Positions 39,058 to 50,285 are shown, numbered from the stretch's first letter. The stretch is DNA of 64,000 nucleotides from an uncultured delta proteobacterium (GCA_963704165.1 CAVPHD010000009.1:128001-192000); one strand, 5' to 3'. The notes: generated by a model not told the origin, from the letters alone. Translations and numbers: made by a program.

Positions 39058-41567
39058 CCGTCCTGCTCGCGCTGCTGCTCCTCGGCAGCGCCGACGCCGC
39101 GCGAGCGCAGGACGCGCCGCCCGCGGGCGAGACGATGGTCACGCTCGACTTCCAGGATGCGGAGATCACCGAGGTGATCGGGGTGATCGCGCAGGCCACC
39201 GGCAAGAACTTCCTCTACGACGATCGCGTGCGCGGACGCGTGACCGTGATCTCGCCCGAGCCCGTCTCGGCCGACGAGGCCTACCGCGTCTTCGAGTCGA
39301 TCCTGCAGGTGAAGGGCTTCACGACCGTGCCCGCTCCCGGCGGGGTCCTGAAGATCGTTCCGCTGCGCGACGCGAAAGAGAACCCGATCGAGACCGTCAC
39401 CGGCGCGAAGCCCATCGAGAACCGCGATCTCTTCATCACGCGCTTGCTGCCGCTCCGCTTCGTCAAGGCCGAGCAGATCAGCGAGACGCTCAAGCCGCTC
39501 GTCTCGAAGGAGGCGAGCGTGATCTCGTACGCGCCGACGAACACGCTGATCATCACCGACTCGGCCGCGAACATCCGCAGGCTCGTGAACATCATCGATC
39601 AGATCGACGTATCGACCTACCAGGAGCAGATCAAGCTGATCCCGATTCAGCACGCGGGCGCAGCCGCGCTCACCGCGCAGCTCGCCGAGATCTTCGGCAG
39701 CGAGAGCAGCAGCGCGGCGCCTGGGCAGACCGCTGGCCGCGTACGCCGCGCGCGCGCCGTGCAGCCCGGTCAGCCGCAGCCGGGAGTGCCGGGCGTCGAG
39801 ACCGTGGTCGGCGGCGGCGGCGATCCCCGCTTCATCCCCGACGAGCGCACCAACTCGATCGTGGTGATCGCCACGAAGGCGGTGCTGCGGGAGATCGAGC
39901 GGATCATCGATCTGCTCGACTACCAGCGGAAAGGCGCTGGGCGAATCCACGTCTACCGACTGCAGAACGCCGACGCGGAAGAGATCGCCCAGACGCTCTC
40001 GAGCCTCGCGACGGGCGGTGGCGCGACGCCGCGACCCGCGACGACCCGCACGAGCCTCTCGGGTCTCGGCGGTGCGGCCGGCCAGATCGCGGCGGCATCG
40101 GGCGGCGCTGGCTTTGGCGGCGCGGTCGCGGATCTCGGGGACGGCGTGCGCATCAGCGCGGATGCGCCGACGAACTCGCTGATCATCCAGGCCAGTCCCG
40201 AGGCCTACGCGACGCTCTCCGAGGTGATCGAAGCGCTCGACATCCGCCGCCCGCAGGTGATGGTCGAGGCGTTGATCATGGAGGTCGACGTCAGCGACTC
40301 GGAGGATCTCGGCGCGGGCTGGATCTACAACACGAAGATCGGAAACAACGGTGTGATGGGCATCGGCAGTGCGACGGGCGCGGCTCCCCCATCGCTCTCG
40401 TCGCTGATCGGCGGCCTGGCGAGCACCGCAGCGGGCGCCCCCAACTTCACGACCGCCCTGCTCGCCGGCTCGATCGAAGTCATCGGTCCGGACGGAGACC
40501 CGGTGTCGATCCCGATCATCCAGGCGATCATCACGGCGTCGAAGAGCGACAACGACGTCAACATCATCTCCGCGCCGACGATCCTCACCGCCGACAACGA
40601 GGAGGCAGAGATCGTGGTCGGCGAGAACATCCCCGTGCCGACCTCGCGCCTGCAGGCGACGAGCACGACCACCGACCCGAACAACCCGTTCCAGACCTCG
40701 CAGAACATCGCGCGCGAGGACGTCGGAGTGACGTTGCGCGTGACGCCGCAGATCAGCGAGGGCGACACCGTCCGGCTCAACATCTTCCAGGAGATCAGCG
40801 AGGTCGACGAGAGCAAGTCGAGCGACTCGCTCGGCCCGACGACGCGCAATCGCAAGGTCGAGAATACCGTCTACGTCCGCGACGGTGAGGCAGTGATGAT
40901 CGGCGGCATCCTCGCCGAGATTCGGGGCTCGACCGAGACCAAGGTTCCGTGGCTCGGCGACATCCCGATTCTCGGCTGGGCGTTCAAGGGCACCGCGGAC
41001 ACCGTGCGCAAGACGAACCTGCTCGTGATCCTGACGCCGAGGATCGTGCGAAGTCCCGACGACCTGCGGCGCGTCACCGTCGAGGGGCGCGAGCGCTTCC
41101 GCGACGCATCACGCGACCAGATGAATCTCAGCGAAGAGGAACAGGAGGAACGGCAGGCCGCACGCGAGTCCGGCGTCCCGCTGCCGCTCGATCCGAATCC
41201 CGTGCGCCGCGAACTCGAACGCCACGACGGTCGCTATCCGATCGGCGACCTCCCCGAACTTCGCGAACAGACGCGCGAGAGCGAGAAGGCGCGCGTGGCC
41301 GAGATCGAGGCGCAGAAGGCGAGCGAGGCCGCCGGCAGCTACCTCGTGCAGGTCGCCCACTTCGCGCTGGCCGAGAGCGCCGTCTCGCTGCTGCAGAAGC
41401 TGATGGCCGACGGCTACGACGGAACCGTGCTGACGCGCACCGAGCAGGGAACGACGACGAACTGGGTGCAGCTCGGTCCCTACACGAGCGAGGCCAAGGC
41501 GCAGGCCGTCGCGCGCGACCTGAACGCCACGCACGGGTTCTCCGCGCTCGTGATCGTGGAGCCGTAG
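39048..41567 (+). CDS. gspD: Type II secretion secretin GspD with C-terminal SPOR-like domain
   Basis: LDFQDAEI N0 domain, DERTNSIVV, LDIRRPQVMVEALIMEV, DVGVTLRVTPQI, KVPWLGDIPILGWAF, NLLVILTPRIV. Confidence 0.95.
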   Translation: MPVAVLLALLLLGSADAARAQDAPPAGETMVTLDFQDAEITEVIGVIAQATGKNFLYDDRVRGRVTVISPEPVSADEAYRVFESILQVKGFTTVPAPGGVLKIVPLRDAKENPIETVTGAKPIENRDLFITRLLPLRFVKAEQISETLKPLVSKEASVISYAPTNTLIITDSAANIRRLVNIIDQIDVSTYQEQIKLIPIQHAGAAALTAQLAEIFGSESSSAAPGQTAGRVRRARAVQPGQPQPGVPGVETVVGGGGDPRFIPDERTNSIVVIATKAVLREIERIIDLLDYQRKGAGRIHVYRLQNADAEEIAQTLSSLATGGGATPRPATTRTSLSGLGGAAGQIAAASGGAGFGGAVADLGDGVRISADAPTNSLIIQASPEAYATLSEVIEALDIRRPQVMVEALIMEVDVSDSEDLGAGWIYNTKIGNNGVMGIGSATGAAPPSLSSLIGGLASTAAGAPNFTTALLAGSIEVIGPDGDPVSIPIIQAIITASKSDNDVNIISAPTILTADNEEAEIVVGENIPVPTSRLQATSTTTDPNNPFQTSQNIAREDVGVTLRVTPQISEGDTVRLNIFQEISEVDESKSSDSLGPTTRNRKVENTVYVRDGEAVMIGGILAEIRGSTETKVPWLGDIPILGWAFKGTADTVRKTNLLVILTPRIVRSPDDLRRVTVEGRERFRDASRDQMNLSEEEQEERQAARESGVPLPLDPNPVRRELERHDGRYPIGDLPELREQTRESEKARVAEIEAQKASEAAGSYLVQVAHFALAESAVSLLQKLMADGYDGTVLTRTEQGTTTNWVQLGPYTSEAKAQAVARDLNATHGFSALVIVEP

Positions 41568-41577
41568 GAGGAACCGG

Positions 41578-43317
41578 ATGCCGACGCCGGTGCAGCTTCG
41601 CGCGGCCCTGCTCGAACACACCTCGCTCAGCGAGGCGGGGCTCGCGCAGGCGATGAAGAAACAGGAGCTCTCCGGACGGCGCCTCACCGATCTGCTTCTC
41701 GAACTCGAACTGGTGCCCGAGGGCGAGCTGATCGGAGCGCTCGCCGGCCTGTACGGCATCCCGACTCGCGAGACGCTCGCGCCCGAGGACATCGACGCGG
41801 AGGTCGCCACGCAGCTGCCGATCTCCTTCGCCAAGTACCATCACGTCTTGCCGATCCGGCGCGACGGCGATCGACTCGAAGTCGCGATCTCGGACCCGCT
41901 CCTCACCGACCCGCTCGACGACATGCGCATGGTCTTCGCCGGAGCGCGCTGCGAGCCGGTGCTCGTCACGCGCCGTGCGATCCTGAACTGCATCAATCAC
42001 GTCTACGACCAGGCGAGCTCCGCCGAGGACGTGGCCGAGGAATTCGCAGAAGCGGATCTCGCCGACATCGCCAGCGAGCTGATCTCCGAACCCGAGGATC
42101 TGCTCGATTCCTCCGAAGAGAGCGCGCCGATCATCCGGCTCGTGAACTCGCTCCTGCAGCAGGCGGTGAAGGAGCGCGCGAGCGACATCCACATCGAGCC
42201 CCAGGAGAAGGATCTCGTCGTGCGTTTCCGCATCGACGACATGCTGCACGAGCCGATCCGTCCGCTGCCGCGGCGCATGCAGCAGGCGATCGTCACGCGC
42301 ATCAAGATCATGGGGCGGCTCGACATCGCGGAGAAGCGTCTGCCGCAGGACGGACGAATCGTGCTCAAGATCGCGGGGCGAGACTACGACGTCCGGCTCT
42401 CGACGCTACCCACACAGTACGGTGAACGCTGCGTGCTCCGGCTCCTGCCGCGCACGCAGGAGCTGCTCTCGATCGCGAAGATCGGCCTCTCGCTCGCCCA
42501 CCAGGAAACGCTTCGCAAACTGATCCGCCGCAACAACGGGATCATCCTGGTCACCGGACCGACGGGCTCGGGCAAGACGAATACGCTCTACGCCGCGCTC
42601 GCCGACATCAACAAGCCCGACCAGAACATCATCACGATCGAGGACCCGGTCGAGATCCGGCTGCCCGGCATCAGCCAGATCGAGGTGAAGCCCGCCATCG
42701 GGCTCACGTTCGCGGCCGGTCTGCGCTCGATCCTGCGCCAGAATCCCGACGTCATCCTGATCGGCGAGATCCGCGATCTCGAGACCGCCGAGATCGCGAT
42801 CCAGGCCAGCCTCACCGGCCACCTGGTCTTCTCCACGCTGCACACGAACGAGGCCGCCGGAACGATCACGCGGCTGATCGACATGGGTGTCGAGCCGTTC
42901 CTGATCGCATCGTCGCTCGTCGCCGCGATCGCACAGCGCCTGATCCGCGTGCTCTGCAAGCGCTGCCGCGAACCCTACGAGCCCGGCCCCGAGGAACTCG
43001 ACGAGCTCGCCCTGCGCCCAGCGGACATCGCGGGCCGGACGATCTTCCGCGCGAAGGGCTGCGTGCACTGCAACCACAGCGGGTACCACGGTCGAACGGG
43101 GATCTTCGAGATCCTGCCGATCGACGAATCGATTCGAACCATGATCACGCGCGGCGTCGATTCGAAGCAGATCCAGGACCAGGCGCAGAAGCTCGGCCTT
43201 CAGACCATGCGCATCCACGGAGCGCGGATGGTGCTCGAAGGCACGACGTCGATCGCGGAGATCGTGCGACAGACCGAGGAGGAAGCGGTCGCGGCCCTCG
43301 ATCCGCAGGCCGCCTGA
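41578..43317 (+). CDS. gspE: Type II secretion ATPase GspE
   Basis: ASDIHIEP, AEKRLPQDG, GPTGSGKT, TIEDPVE, LRQNPDVILIGEIRD, TGHLVFSTLH, CKRC/CVHC zinc motif. Confidence 0.96.
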   Translation: MPTPVQLRAALLEHTSLSEAGLAQAMKKQELSGRRLTDLLLELELVPEGELIGALAGLYGIPTRETLAPEDIDAEVATQLPISFAKYHHVLPIRRDGDRLEVAISDPLLTDPLDDMRMVFAGARCEPVLVTRRAILNCINHVYDQASSAEDVAEEFAEADLADIASELISEPEDLLDSSEESAPIIRLVNSLLQQAVKERASDIHIEPQEKDLVVRFRIDDMLHEPIRPLPRRMQQAIVTRIKIMGRLDIAEKRLPQDGRIVLKIAGRDYDVRLSTLPTQYGERCVLRLLPRTQELLSIAKIGLSLAHQETLRKLIRRNNGIILVTGPTGSGKTNTLYAALADINKPDQNIITIEDPVEIRLPGISQIEVKPAIGLTFAAGLRSILRQNPDVILIGEIRDLETAEIAIQASLTGHLVFSTLHTNEAAGTITRLIDMGVEPFLIASSLVAAIAQRLIRVLCKRCREPYEPGPEELDELALRPADIAGRTIFRAKGCVHCNHSGYHGRTGIFEILPIDESIRTMITRGVDSKQIQDQAQKLGLQTMRIHGARMVLEGTTSIAEIVRQTEEEAVAALDPQAA

Positions 43318-43322
43318 GACCC

Positions 43323-44549
43323 ATGCCGGTCTATCGCTACAAGGGAGTCGCCGCTGGGAATCGCGCGGTGGCCGCGACGATCGACGCCGACAGCCTGCGC
43401 GCGGCGCGCGCGAAGCTGCGCTCGGACGGGATCTTCCCCACCGAGATCGTCGTCGGCAAGACGCGCGGAGAGGCCTCCGAGCTGCTCTCGAAGCTGCAGC
43501 TGCCGGCGCTGCGCCGCGTCCCCGACCTCGATCTCTCGATGTTCTCGAGCCAGCTCGCCACGCTGATCTCCGCCGGCGTTCCGCTCGTGCAGGCGCTCTC
43601 CGCGCTCACCGAGCAGGTCGAACGCGAGCGCTTCAAGAGCGTCGTCGGTTCCGTGCGCGAGTCGGTCAACCAGGGATCGTCGCTCGCGGACGCGCTCGCC
43701 GAGCACCCGCACGTCTTCGACGAGCTCTACTGCTCGATGGTCCGCGCCGGCGAATCGTCGGGCGCGCTGGCACCGGTGCTCGCGCGGCTGGCCGACTACG
43801 TCGAAAGTCGAATGGACCTGCGCAATCAGCTGATCAACGCGATGATCTACCCGGCGATGATGCTCGCGTTCAGCGCCGCCGTCGCGGGCGTCCTGCTGGT
43901 GAAGGTGATCCCGAACATCACCACGATGCTGCGCGACATGAAACAGGAGCTCCCGCTCGCCACGCGCGTCGTGGTGGCGGTCTCGGACATCGTCACGCAC
44001 GTACTGGTTCCCCGCGCTGATCGTGCTCGCCGCAGCCCTCCTGGTCTGGAGCCGGATCGTCCGCACCGAGCGCGGGCGCTTCGCCTGGGACGGACTGATG
44101 CTGCGCTCGCCGGTCTTCGGCCGTCTGATCCGGTACGTCGCGATCGCCCGCTTCGCGCGAACGTTGGCGACGCTCTCGTCGGGCGGCGTGAACATCGTCG
44201 CCGCGCTCGAGATCGCCCGAAGCGTGACCGCGAACGCGGTGATCGCACGGGCCGTCGACGGCGTGAAGGACGCGATCACGCGCGGATCCTCGATCGCCGC
44301 GCAGATGCGCTCGAGCGGCGAATTTCCTCCCCTGGTCACGCACATGATCTCGGTCGGCGAAGCTTCGGGCGAGCTTCCCGGCGATGTTGGGTAAGGTCGC
44401 GGACACCTACGACGCTCAGGTCGAGAACGCGCTGCAGCGCATGCTCGCGCTGCTCGGGCCCGATCCTGCTCGTCTTCGTGGCGATCGTGATCCTCGTGAT
44501 CATCCTCTCGACGCTTCTGCCGCTCATGAACATGACCTCCGCGCTCTGA
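43323..44549 (+). CDS. gspF: Type II secretion inner-membrane platform GspF (several apparent frameshifts 44000-44460)
   Basis: QLATLISAGVPL, GESSGAL, AMIYP; then ARFARTLATL...GEASGEL and MLGKVAD in shifted frames. Confidence 0.92.
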   Translation: MPVYRYKGVAAGNRAVAATIDADSLRAARAKLRSDGIFPTEIVVGKTRGEASELLSKLQLPALRRVPDLDLSMFSSQLATLISAGVPLVQALSALTEQVERERFKSVVGSVRESVNQGSSLADALAEHPHVFDELYCSMVRAGESSGALAPVLARLADYVESRMDLRNQLINAMIYPAMMLAFSAAVAGVLLVKVIPNITTMLRDMKQELPLATRVVVAVSDIVTHVLVPRADRARRSPPGLEPDRPHRARALRLGRTDAALAGLRPSDPVRRDRPLRANVGDALVGRREHRRRARDRPKRDRERGDRTGRRRREGRDHARILDRRADALERRISSPGHAHDLGRRSFGRASRRCWVRSRTPTTLRSRTRCSACSRCSGPILLVFVAIVILVIILSTLLPLMNMTSAL

Positions 44550-44574
44550 GGGCGGCTGTGAAAGGAGATACTCC

Positions 44575-45027
44575 GTGATGCGAATCGAATCCCGCGACGG
44601 CTTCACCCTGATCGAGATCATGGTCGTCGTGCTGATCGTCGGGCTCTTGATGACGGTGCTCGCGACCAACGTCTTCCGCCGGCTCGGCGGCGCGCAGGCC
44701 GACATCGCCCGACTTCAGGTCTCGAAGCTCTCGCAGCAGCTCGAGCTCTACAAGCTCGACAACGGCACCTACCCGACGTCGGAACAGGGCCTCGAAGCGC
44801 TCGTGCGCGAGCCGACGATCGAGCCGCGGCCGCGGCGCTATCCCGACGGTGGATACGTCTCGTCGAAGGACCTGATCGATCCGTGGCAGACGCCGTACAT
44901 CTACGAGCGCCCCGGCAAGAACAACACGAGGAGCTTCGACCTGTACACCCTTGGCGCGGACGGTCAGCCCGGTGGCGACGGCGAGAACGCCGAGATCGGC
45001 AACTGGGAAGTGGCCGAGTCGCGCTGA
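44575..45027 (+). CDS. gspG: Major pseudopilin GspG
   Basis: G|FTLIEIMVV, LELYKLDNGTYPTSEQGLEALV, DPWQTPYIY, GADGQPGGDGENAEIGNW. Confidence 0.96.
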   Translation: MMRIESRDGFTLIEIMVVVLIVGLLMTVLATNVFRRLGGAQADIARLQVSKLSQQLELYKLDNGTYPTSEQGLEALVREPTIEPRPRRYPDGGYVSSKDLIDPWQTPYIYERPGKNNTRSFDLYTLGADGQPGGDGENAEIGNWEVAESR

Positions 45028-45030
45028 GTC

Positions 45031-45612
45031 GTGAACCGGAGACACGCCGAAGCCGGCTTCACGCTTCTCGAGCTGCTCGTCGTCCTGCTCCTGATCGTGC
45101 TCGTCACGGGCGTCTTCACGACCACCGTCGGTGGGGGCTTCGGCGTTCACCTGCGCAACGCCGGCCGGACGCTCGCCGCCGAGCTCGAGTACATCGGGCA
45201 GCGAGCGGTCACGACCGGTCGGACCCAGCGCTTCGTGATCGACCTCGACGAGCAGGTCTTCCGGGTCGAAGAGCTGCCGCTGCCGGAACCCGAAGCCGAG
45301 GCGGAGCTGCCCGAGCACGCCGAGAGCCTCGACCTCGCGCCGCCGATGCTGCCGGCACACTTCGCGCCCGTCGAGGGTCGGATCGGCGAGTGGAACGCGC
45401 TCGACGACGCAGACGAAGTCCGATTCCGCGAGGTGCGATTCGGAAGCGAAGCGATCCACGCGGGCGTGGTCGGAATCGGGTTCTCGTCCGATGGCGCGAG
45501 CGATCCCGCGGAGATCTGGCTGCGCGACGATGGCGGCTACGATCTCCGCATCCGACTGGTCGCGTTCACCGGCGAGATCCGCGTCGAGGAGGTCGACGCT
45601 GAAGGCCCGTAG
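45031..45612 (+). CDS. gspH: Minor pseudopilin GspH
   Basis: G|FTLLELLVVL prepilin motif; directly after gspG. Confidence 0.85.
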   Translation: MNRRHAEAGFTLLELLVVLLLIVLVTGVFTTTVGGGFGVHLRNAGRTLAAELEYIGQRAVTTGRTQRFVIDLDEQVFRVEELPLPEPEAEAELPEHAESLDLAPPMLPAHFAPVEGRIGEWNALDDADEVRFREVRFGSEAIHAGVVGIGFSSDGASDPAEIWLRDDGGYDLRIRLVAFTGEIRVEEVDAEGP

Positions 45613-46163
45613 CCGCGACGGATTCACCCTGATCGAGGTGCTGGCCGCGCTCTTGATCGTCGGGCTGGTCTTCGGCTTGTTGCTCGAGTCGGTGACGTCG
45701 AATCTCGCCGATCTCGGGCGCGCGCGTCTCGAGGCACGCGCGAACCAGCTCGCCGAAGAGCAGCTGCGTCTGCTCGCGAGTCGAGGTCGCCTCGGGCGAG
45801 GAGGTCGAGAACGGCGAGTCCGAGGGCGAATTCGAGGCGCCCGACGAGGATCTCCGCTGGCACGTCCACGTCTCGGACCAGACGCTCGAGCTGCCCGCGG
45901 ACTACCCGGGCAAAGCGCCGCCCTCCCCGCTCTTCGCCATGTCGGGACAGACGCGCACGCCCGGGGCGCCCGGCGAGAACGCGCGCCGCTGCGCCTGGTC
46001 GAGGTGCGCGTCTTCGCGGCCGACGCCGAGCCCGAGAGCGCCGATCCGTTCGTCCTGCTCGTGACCACTCCGCCCGACCCCGGTCGGCTCGAACAGCTCC
46101 GGCAACAGAACGCGCAGGCCGCGCCGCCGTCGCGTCCCGAGCACCGGAGGCACCTCACCGTGA
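45599..46163 (+). CDS. gspI: Minor pseudopilin GspI (frameshifted, boundaries approximate)
   Basis: G|FTLIEVLAAL near 45620; C-terminal LRLVEVRV; internal frame breaks. Confidence 0.75.
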
Positions 46164-47095
46164 GAGCGCGCGGCGCGCACGGCTTCACGCTTCTCGAGGT
46201 GCTCGTCGCCGTGTTCATCATGGCGCTCGTGATCTCCTTCGCCTTTCAGGCGTACCAGGGCATCGCGGAGGCCTACACGCGCGTCTCGGAGGGCGCGTCG
46301 CGCGATCGCGCTGCGCGCATCCTGCTCGATCGGATCGAGCGCGAGCTCGTCGGCGCGGTGCTCGTCGAGCGCGAAGAGGGAACCGACCCGCTTCTCCATC
46401 CCTACTTCTTCTACGGTCAGCCCCTGCAGCAAAGCGACTCGGCGGGCTTCGAGGTGCGCTTCGTCACGCAGACGCCGCTTCGCTCGCCCGGCAGTCCGCC
46501 GAGCGGCGCTGGCGCTGGTGTCGTACGCCTCGGTCATCTCGCAGTCCGGACACGGGCTCGACCTGCTTCGCCAGGAAGAGCCTCTACCGGTGGAGCTCCG
46601 CAAAGCAGATCGAGTGGACCCAGCCGCAGACGGTCGCGGACGAGATCGCGATCTTCTCCCTCAGCTTCAGCGGAGACGGCGAGCAGCTCGCCGAGGGATG
46701 GGATTCCACGAGCGAGCTACAGCTCGACGATCTTCCGACCTCGGTCGAGATCCGGATCGCTCTCTGGGAGATGGGCCCGGACGGCGAGCCGTGGCCCGGG
46801 CTCGACGTTCACGCGCCAGGTGGACCTGCCGGTGCGCCCGTTCCGACTCGCGCCCGAGGACCAGGCGGAGGCGAGACAGCGGACTGCGGCACCGGCGTGA
46901 CGGTGGCGGTCTGCCTCGACGGCTACCACGACCGAGCTGGCGGCGGCGAGCCCGGCGCTCGCGGCGGCGATCGGCGCAGCGCGCGCGGAGGCCGAGAGCG
47001 AGTGCTGGAGCGATCCGGATCCCTCCCCGGCGCTGCAGCGCGTGAAGGTGCTGATGAGCGGGCTGCCCGGCTTCGACGAGGGGGAATGCCCGTGA
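46160..47095 (+). CDS. gspJ: Minor pseudopilin GspJ (frameshifted)
   Basis: GTG start, G|FTLLEVLVAV, later GWDS...LPTSVEIRIAL in a shifted frame. Confidence 0.78.
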
Positions 47096-48149
47096 CCCGC
47101 CCTCGCGACGAGGAGGGCATCGTGCTTCTGCTCGTGCTCGTGCTGGTGGTGGTCGCGATCTCGACCGCCTACGCGATGAGCAAGACCTCGCTGATCGAGG
47201 CGATGAGCACGCGCCAGTACGGCCAGTACGCGCGCGCGACGCTGCTCGCGCGCTCCGGCATCGACGCTCGCCGTGCGCGCGCTCCAGGACGACCTGATCG
47301 AGGGCGACGACACCACCCGGCAGGTGGAGTCGGAGCTCGACGCCTGGGCGCTGCTCTCGAAGCAGGAGATCCACTTGCCGGGTGACGCGGTGCTGCGCGT
47401 GACGGGTTCGCGACACCGGCGGTCGATTGAACCTGAACGCGCTGGTGGACCGCGACGGCAATCGCATCGGGGAGAGCAGCAAGGCGTTCCTCAAGGCCGC
47501 CCTCGCCCACATCGCCGAGACCGCTCCGGCGTTCAAGGGCTCGAGCGCGTATGGCGACGAGGATGTCGATGACTTGTCCGACGCGCTGCTCGACTGGCTC
47601 GACAAGGATGACCAGACCCGCCTGGGCACGCCCGAGGAGGAGTACTACGTCGGTATCAAGAAGGCCGCGAGCGCGCCGCTGAACCGGCCGGTCTTCTCGC
47701 TCGACGAGCTCGCGGCGGTTCCGGGACTCGACGCCTTGATGCTCGAATCCCTCGAGGCCTACTTTACGACCTACCCTATGTTCCCTCCGGCAGGCAGTGG
47801 AGGCGCGAATCTCAACACCGCACCGGCGCACGTGCTGGGGATGATCTACCACGGCCTCGGAAAGGACTTCGAGCTGCTCGACTCACGCGACGTCTTCAGC
47901 CTGCTCCGCGCGCGCGAGGAAGGACGGGTCTTCTGTCCCGCCGAGGGTGCCGAGCCTTGCACGAGCTTCTTCCGCACGCTCGGAATCGCGGAGGGCGAGG
48001 AGATCTTCCCGCCGCTCTCGTACGCGAGCCGCGTCTTCCGGATCGACTCCGAAGCGCGCGTCGTCGAGACGCGCGCATGCGTGACGAGCGTCGTGGATCG
48101 CGGGGACGGCTCCGAGCCGAAGACCCTCTACTTCCGGTTGGGCTGCTGA
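47092..48149 (+). CDS. gspK: Minor pseudopilin GspK (frameshifted)
   Basis: EEG|IVLLLVL, ATLLARSG, LNLNAL, ALLDWLDKD, SLDELAAVPG, NLNTAP. Confidence 0.85.
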
Positions 48150-49721
48150 TGTTCGAGCGAAGCGTCGTCGGGCTCGACATCGGCTCGTGGTCGGTCAAGG
48201 TCGCCGAGCTCAGCGCCGGACTTCGCGGTGCGAAGTTCATTCGCTTCGCCGAGCTCGAGCTTCCGCGCGATGCGCCGTCGGAGGAGATCGAGGCGACGAT
48301 CCAGCTCTGGGTCCAGAGTCGGAATCTCTCGCCGGAGACGCTGATCACGGCGATCTCGACCGAGCGGCTGACCCAGCGCCATCTGCGCTTCCCCTTCGCC
48401 GGCGCCAAGCGCGTCGCAGCGGCGCTCGCGTTCGAGATCGACGAAGAGCTTCCGCTTCCGCTCTCGAACGTCCTGCTCGCGCACGAGCAGGTTCTCACTC
48501 GACCCGATCAGACGGACGTACTGGTGGCGATCGCGCCGCGCGCCGAGGTCGAAGTTCACCTCGCCTCGCTGCGGCGCATGGAGCTCGAACCGCGCGTGAT
48601 CGAGAGCGAGGGCGCATCGCTTGCGAACCTGTCGTCGTTTCTCGGTCTCGACGACGTCTCGCGACTGATTCTCGACGTCGGCCACGCGAAGACGAACCTG
48701 TGCCTGCTCGTCGATGGCAAACCGATCGCGCTGCGCCGGATTCCGATCGCGGGGAGACACCTCACCGAGGCACTCGCGCGTGATCTCGGGCTCTCGCTCG
48801 ATGCCGCCGAGGATCAGAAGCAGGAGCGCGGTGTCTTCGAGCAAGGCAGCGCGAAGCCCGTCTCTCCGGGAGTCCGCGACGTGCTCGAGCGGCTCGTGCG
48901 CGAGGTGCAGCGGTCGGTGCAGTCCGTCGTCGGCGACCCGCTCGACCCGGTGGCTCCCGACGGAGATCCTGCTCGTGGGCGGATCCGCACGGCTTCGCGG
49001 CCTGGCGGGTTTCTTCGCCGAGCGCACGGGCCTGCCCACGAACGTGCTCGAAGTCAGCCGCACGAACGACGGCGGCGACCGCTTCATCGAAGCCGGCCCT
49101 GCCGTCTTCGCGCAGGCCGCCGCCCTGGCGCTCCGGGGCTCCTCGACGGAGCGGGTCACGCAGGGCGATTTCCGCCAGGGGGATCTCGCCTACGCGCCCG
49201 ATCTCTCGGGACTGCGTCCGCAGCTGCGCTTCACGGTCGGTTTGTTCGGGCTCTTTCTCGTGCTCTGGGTCGCGAGCGCCGCGTTCGCGTCCTGGCTCGA
49301 GGGCCGGCGCGTCGCGCAGGTCCAGGCCCAGCTCGCCTCGATCCATCAACAGGTGTTTCCGGACGCACAGCCCTCGAGCGCACCGCTCGAAGCCCTGGAG
49401 AAGCGCGCAGCGGAGACGCGCGAGCTCGCGGCACATCTCGGTGTCACCGGGAAGGGCCTTTCGGTGCTCGAAATCCTGCGCCAGATCTCGGCGCTCACGC
49501 CCGAGTCGCTCGAGGTGTCGCTCGACGAGCTCACGATCGAGCGCCAGAGCGTCGTCGCGCGCGGTCACAGCGCGGACTTCGTCTCCGCCGACCAGCTCAA
49601 GGCGGAGCTCTCCAAGTTCGAAGGCTTCGGACGCGTGCTCGTGACCGACGTCAAGACGGATTCGCGCCGCGGCGGCAAGACCTTCACCGTCTCGATCCGG
49701 CTCGGGGGAAGCGAGCCGTGA
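48149..49721 (+). CDS. gspL: Type II secretion GspL with PilM-like actin-fold cytoplasmic domain (frameshift near 48958)
   Basis: VGLDIGSWSVKVAEL, LDVGHAKTNL, ILLVGGSARL, then TM and PilN-like periplasmic domain. Confidence 0.82.
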
Positions 49722-50281
49722 ACGAGCTCCTCGCGCCGATTCGCGGCTACCTCGCCGCGCGGTCACCGCGAGAGCGATGGCTGCTGGTCGCGGGCGTCTG
49801 CGCGCTCGCGCTCGTGATCGTCTACAGCGCGATCGTGATTCCGCTCCACGATCGCGCGAACGCCGCCGACCGGCGCGTCGCGCAGCTCGAGCTCGATCTG
49901 ATCCGGGCGATCGGCATCGCCAGCGAGATGCGCGGGCTGCAGGGCGAGCTCGCCGGCGTCGAGTCGCGAATCCAACCGGGCTCGAATACGAACCTGATCG
50001 CGCTGCTCTCGACGCTCGCGGCCGACGCCAGGATCTCGCAGGAACAGCTCGAGTCGATCGAGCCGCGTCAGCCCTCGACCAATGCCCGGTACCCCGAGAC
50101 GCGCGCGGAGGTGCGCCTCAAGGGTGCGACGCTCGATCAGATGGTCGAGTTCCTGCACAAGATCGAAACCTCGAGCTCGCATCTGATCGTGCGTTCGCTG
50201 AAGATCCGCTCGCGCGGCGACGGTGCGAACGGACAGGTGCTCGATGTGAGCTTCTCGGTGTCGAGCTTCGAGCGCGCCTGA
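49718..50281 (+). CDS. gspM: Type II secretion GspM
   Basis: SPRERWLL plus TM, coiled coil, VRLKGATLDQMVEFLHKIE. Confidence 0.82.
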   Translation: MNELLAPIRGYLAARSPRERWLLVAGVCALALVIVYSAIVIPLHDRANAADRRVAQLELDLIRAIGIASEMRGLQGELAGVESRIQPGSNTNLIALLSTLAADARISQEQLESIEPRQPSTNARYPETRAEVRLKGATLDQMVEFLHKIETSSSHLIVRSLKIRSRGDGANGQVLDVSFSVSSFERA

Positions 50282-50285
50282 CGAC

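Noticed and set aside
45491..46900. Apparent GspI-GspJ fusion with two prepilin motifs
   Set aside because: Indels in gspI shift it into the gspJ frame; a GTGA start/stop overlap at 46160-46163 marks the normal boundary.
47957..50281. Apparent GspL-GspM fusion (774 aa)
   Set aside because: A frameshift near 48958 moves the gspL C-half to another frame ending at 49721; gspM starts at the GTG at 49718.
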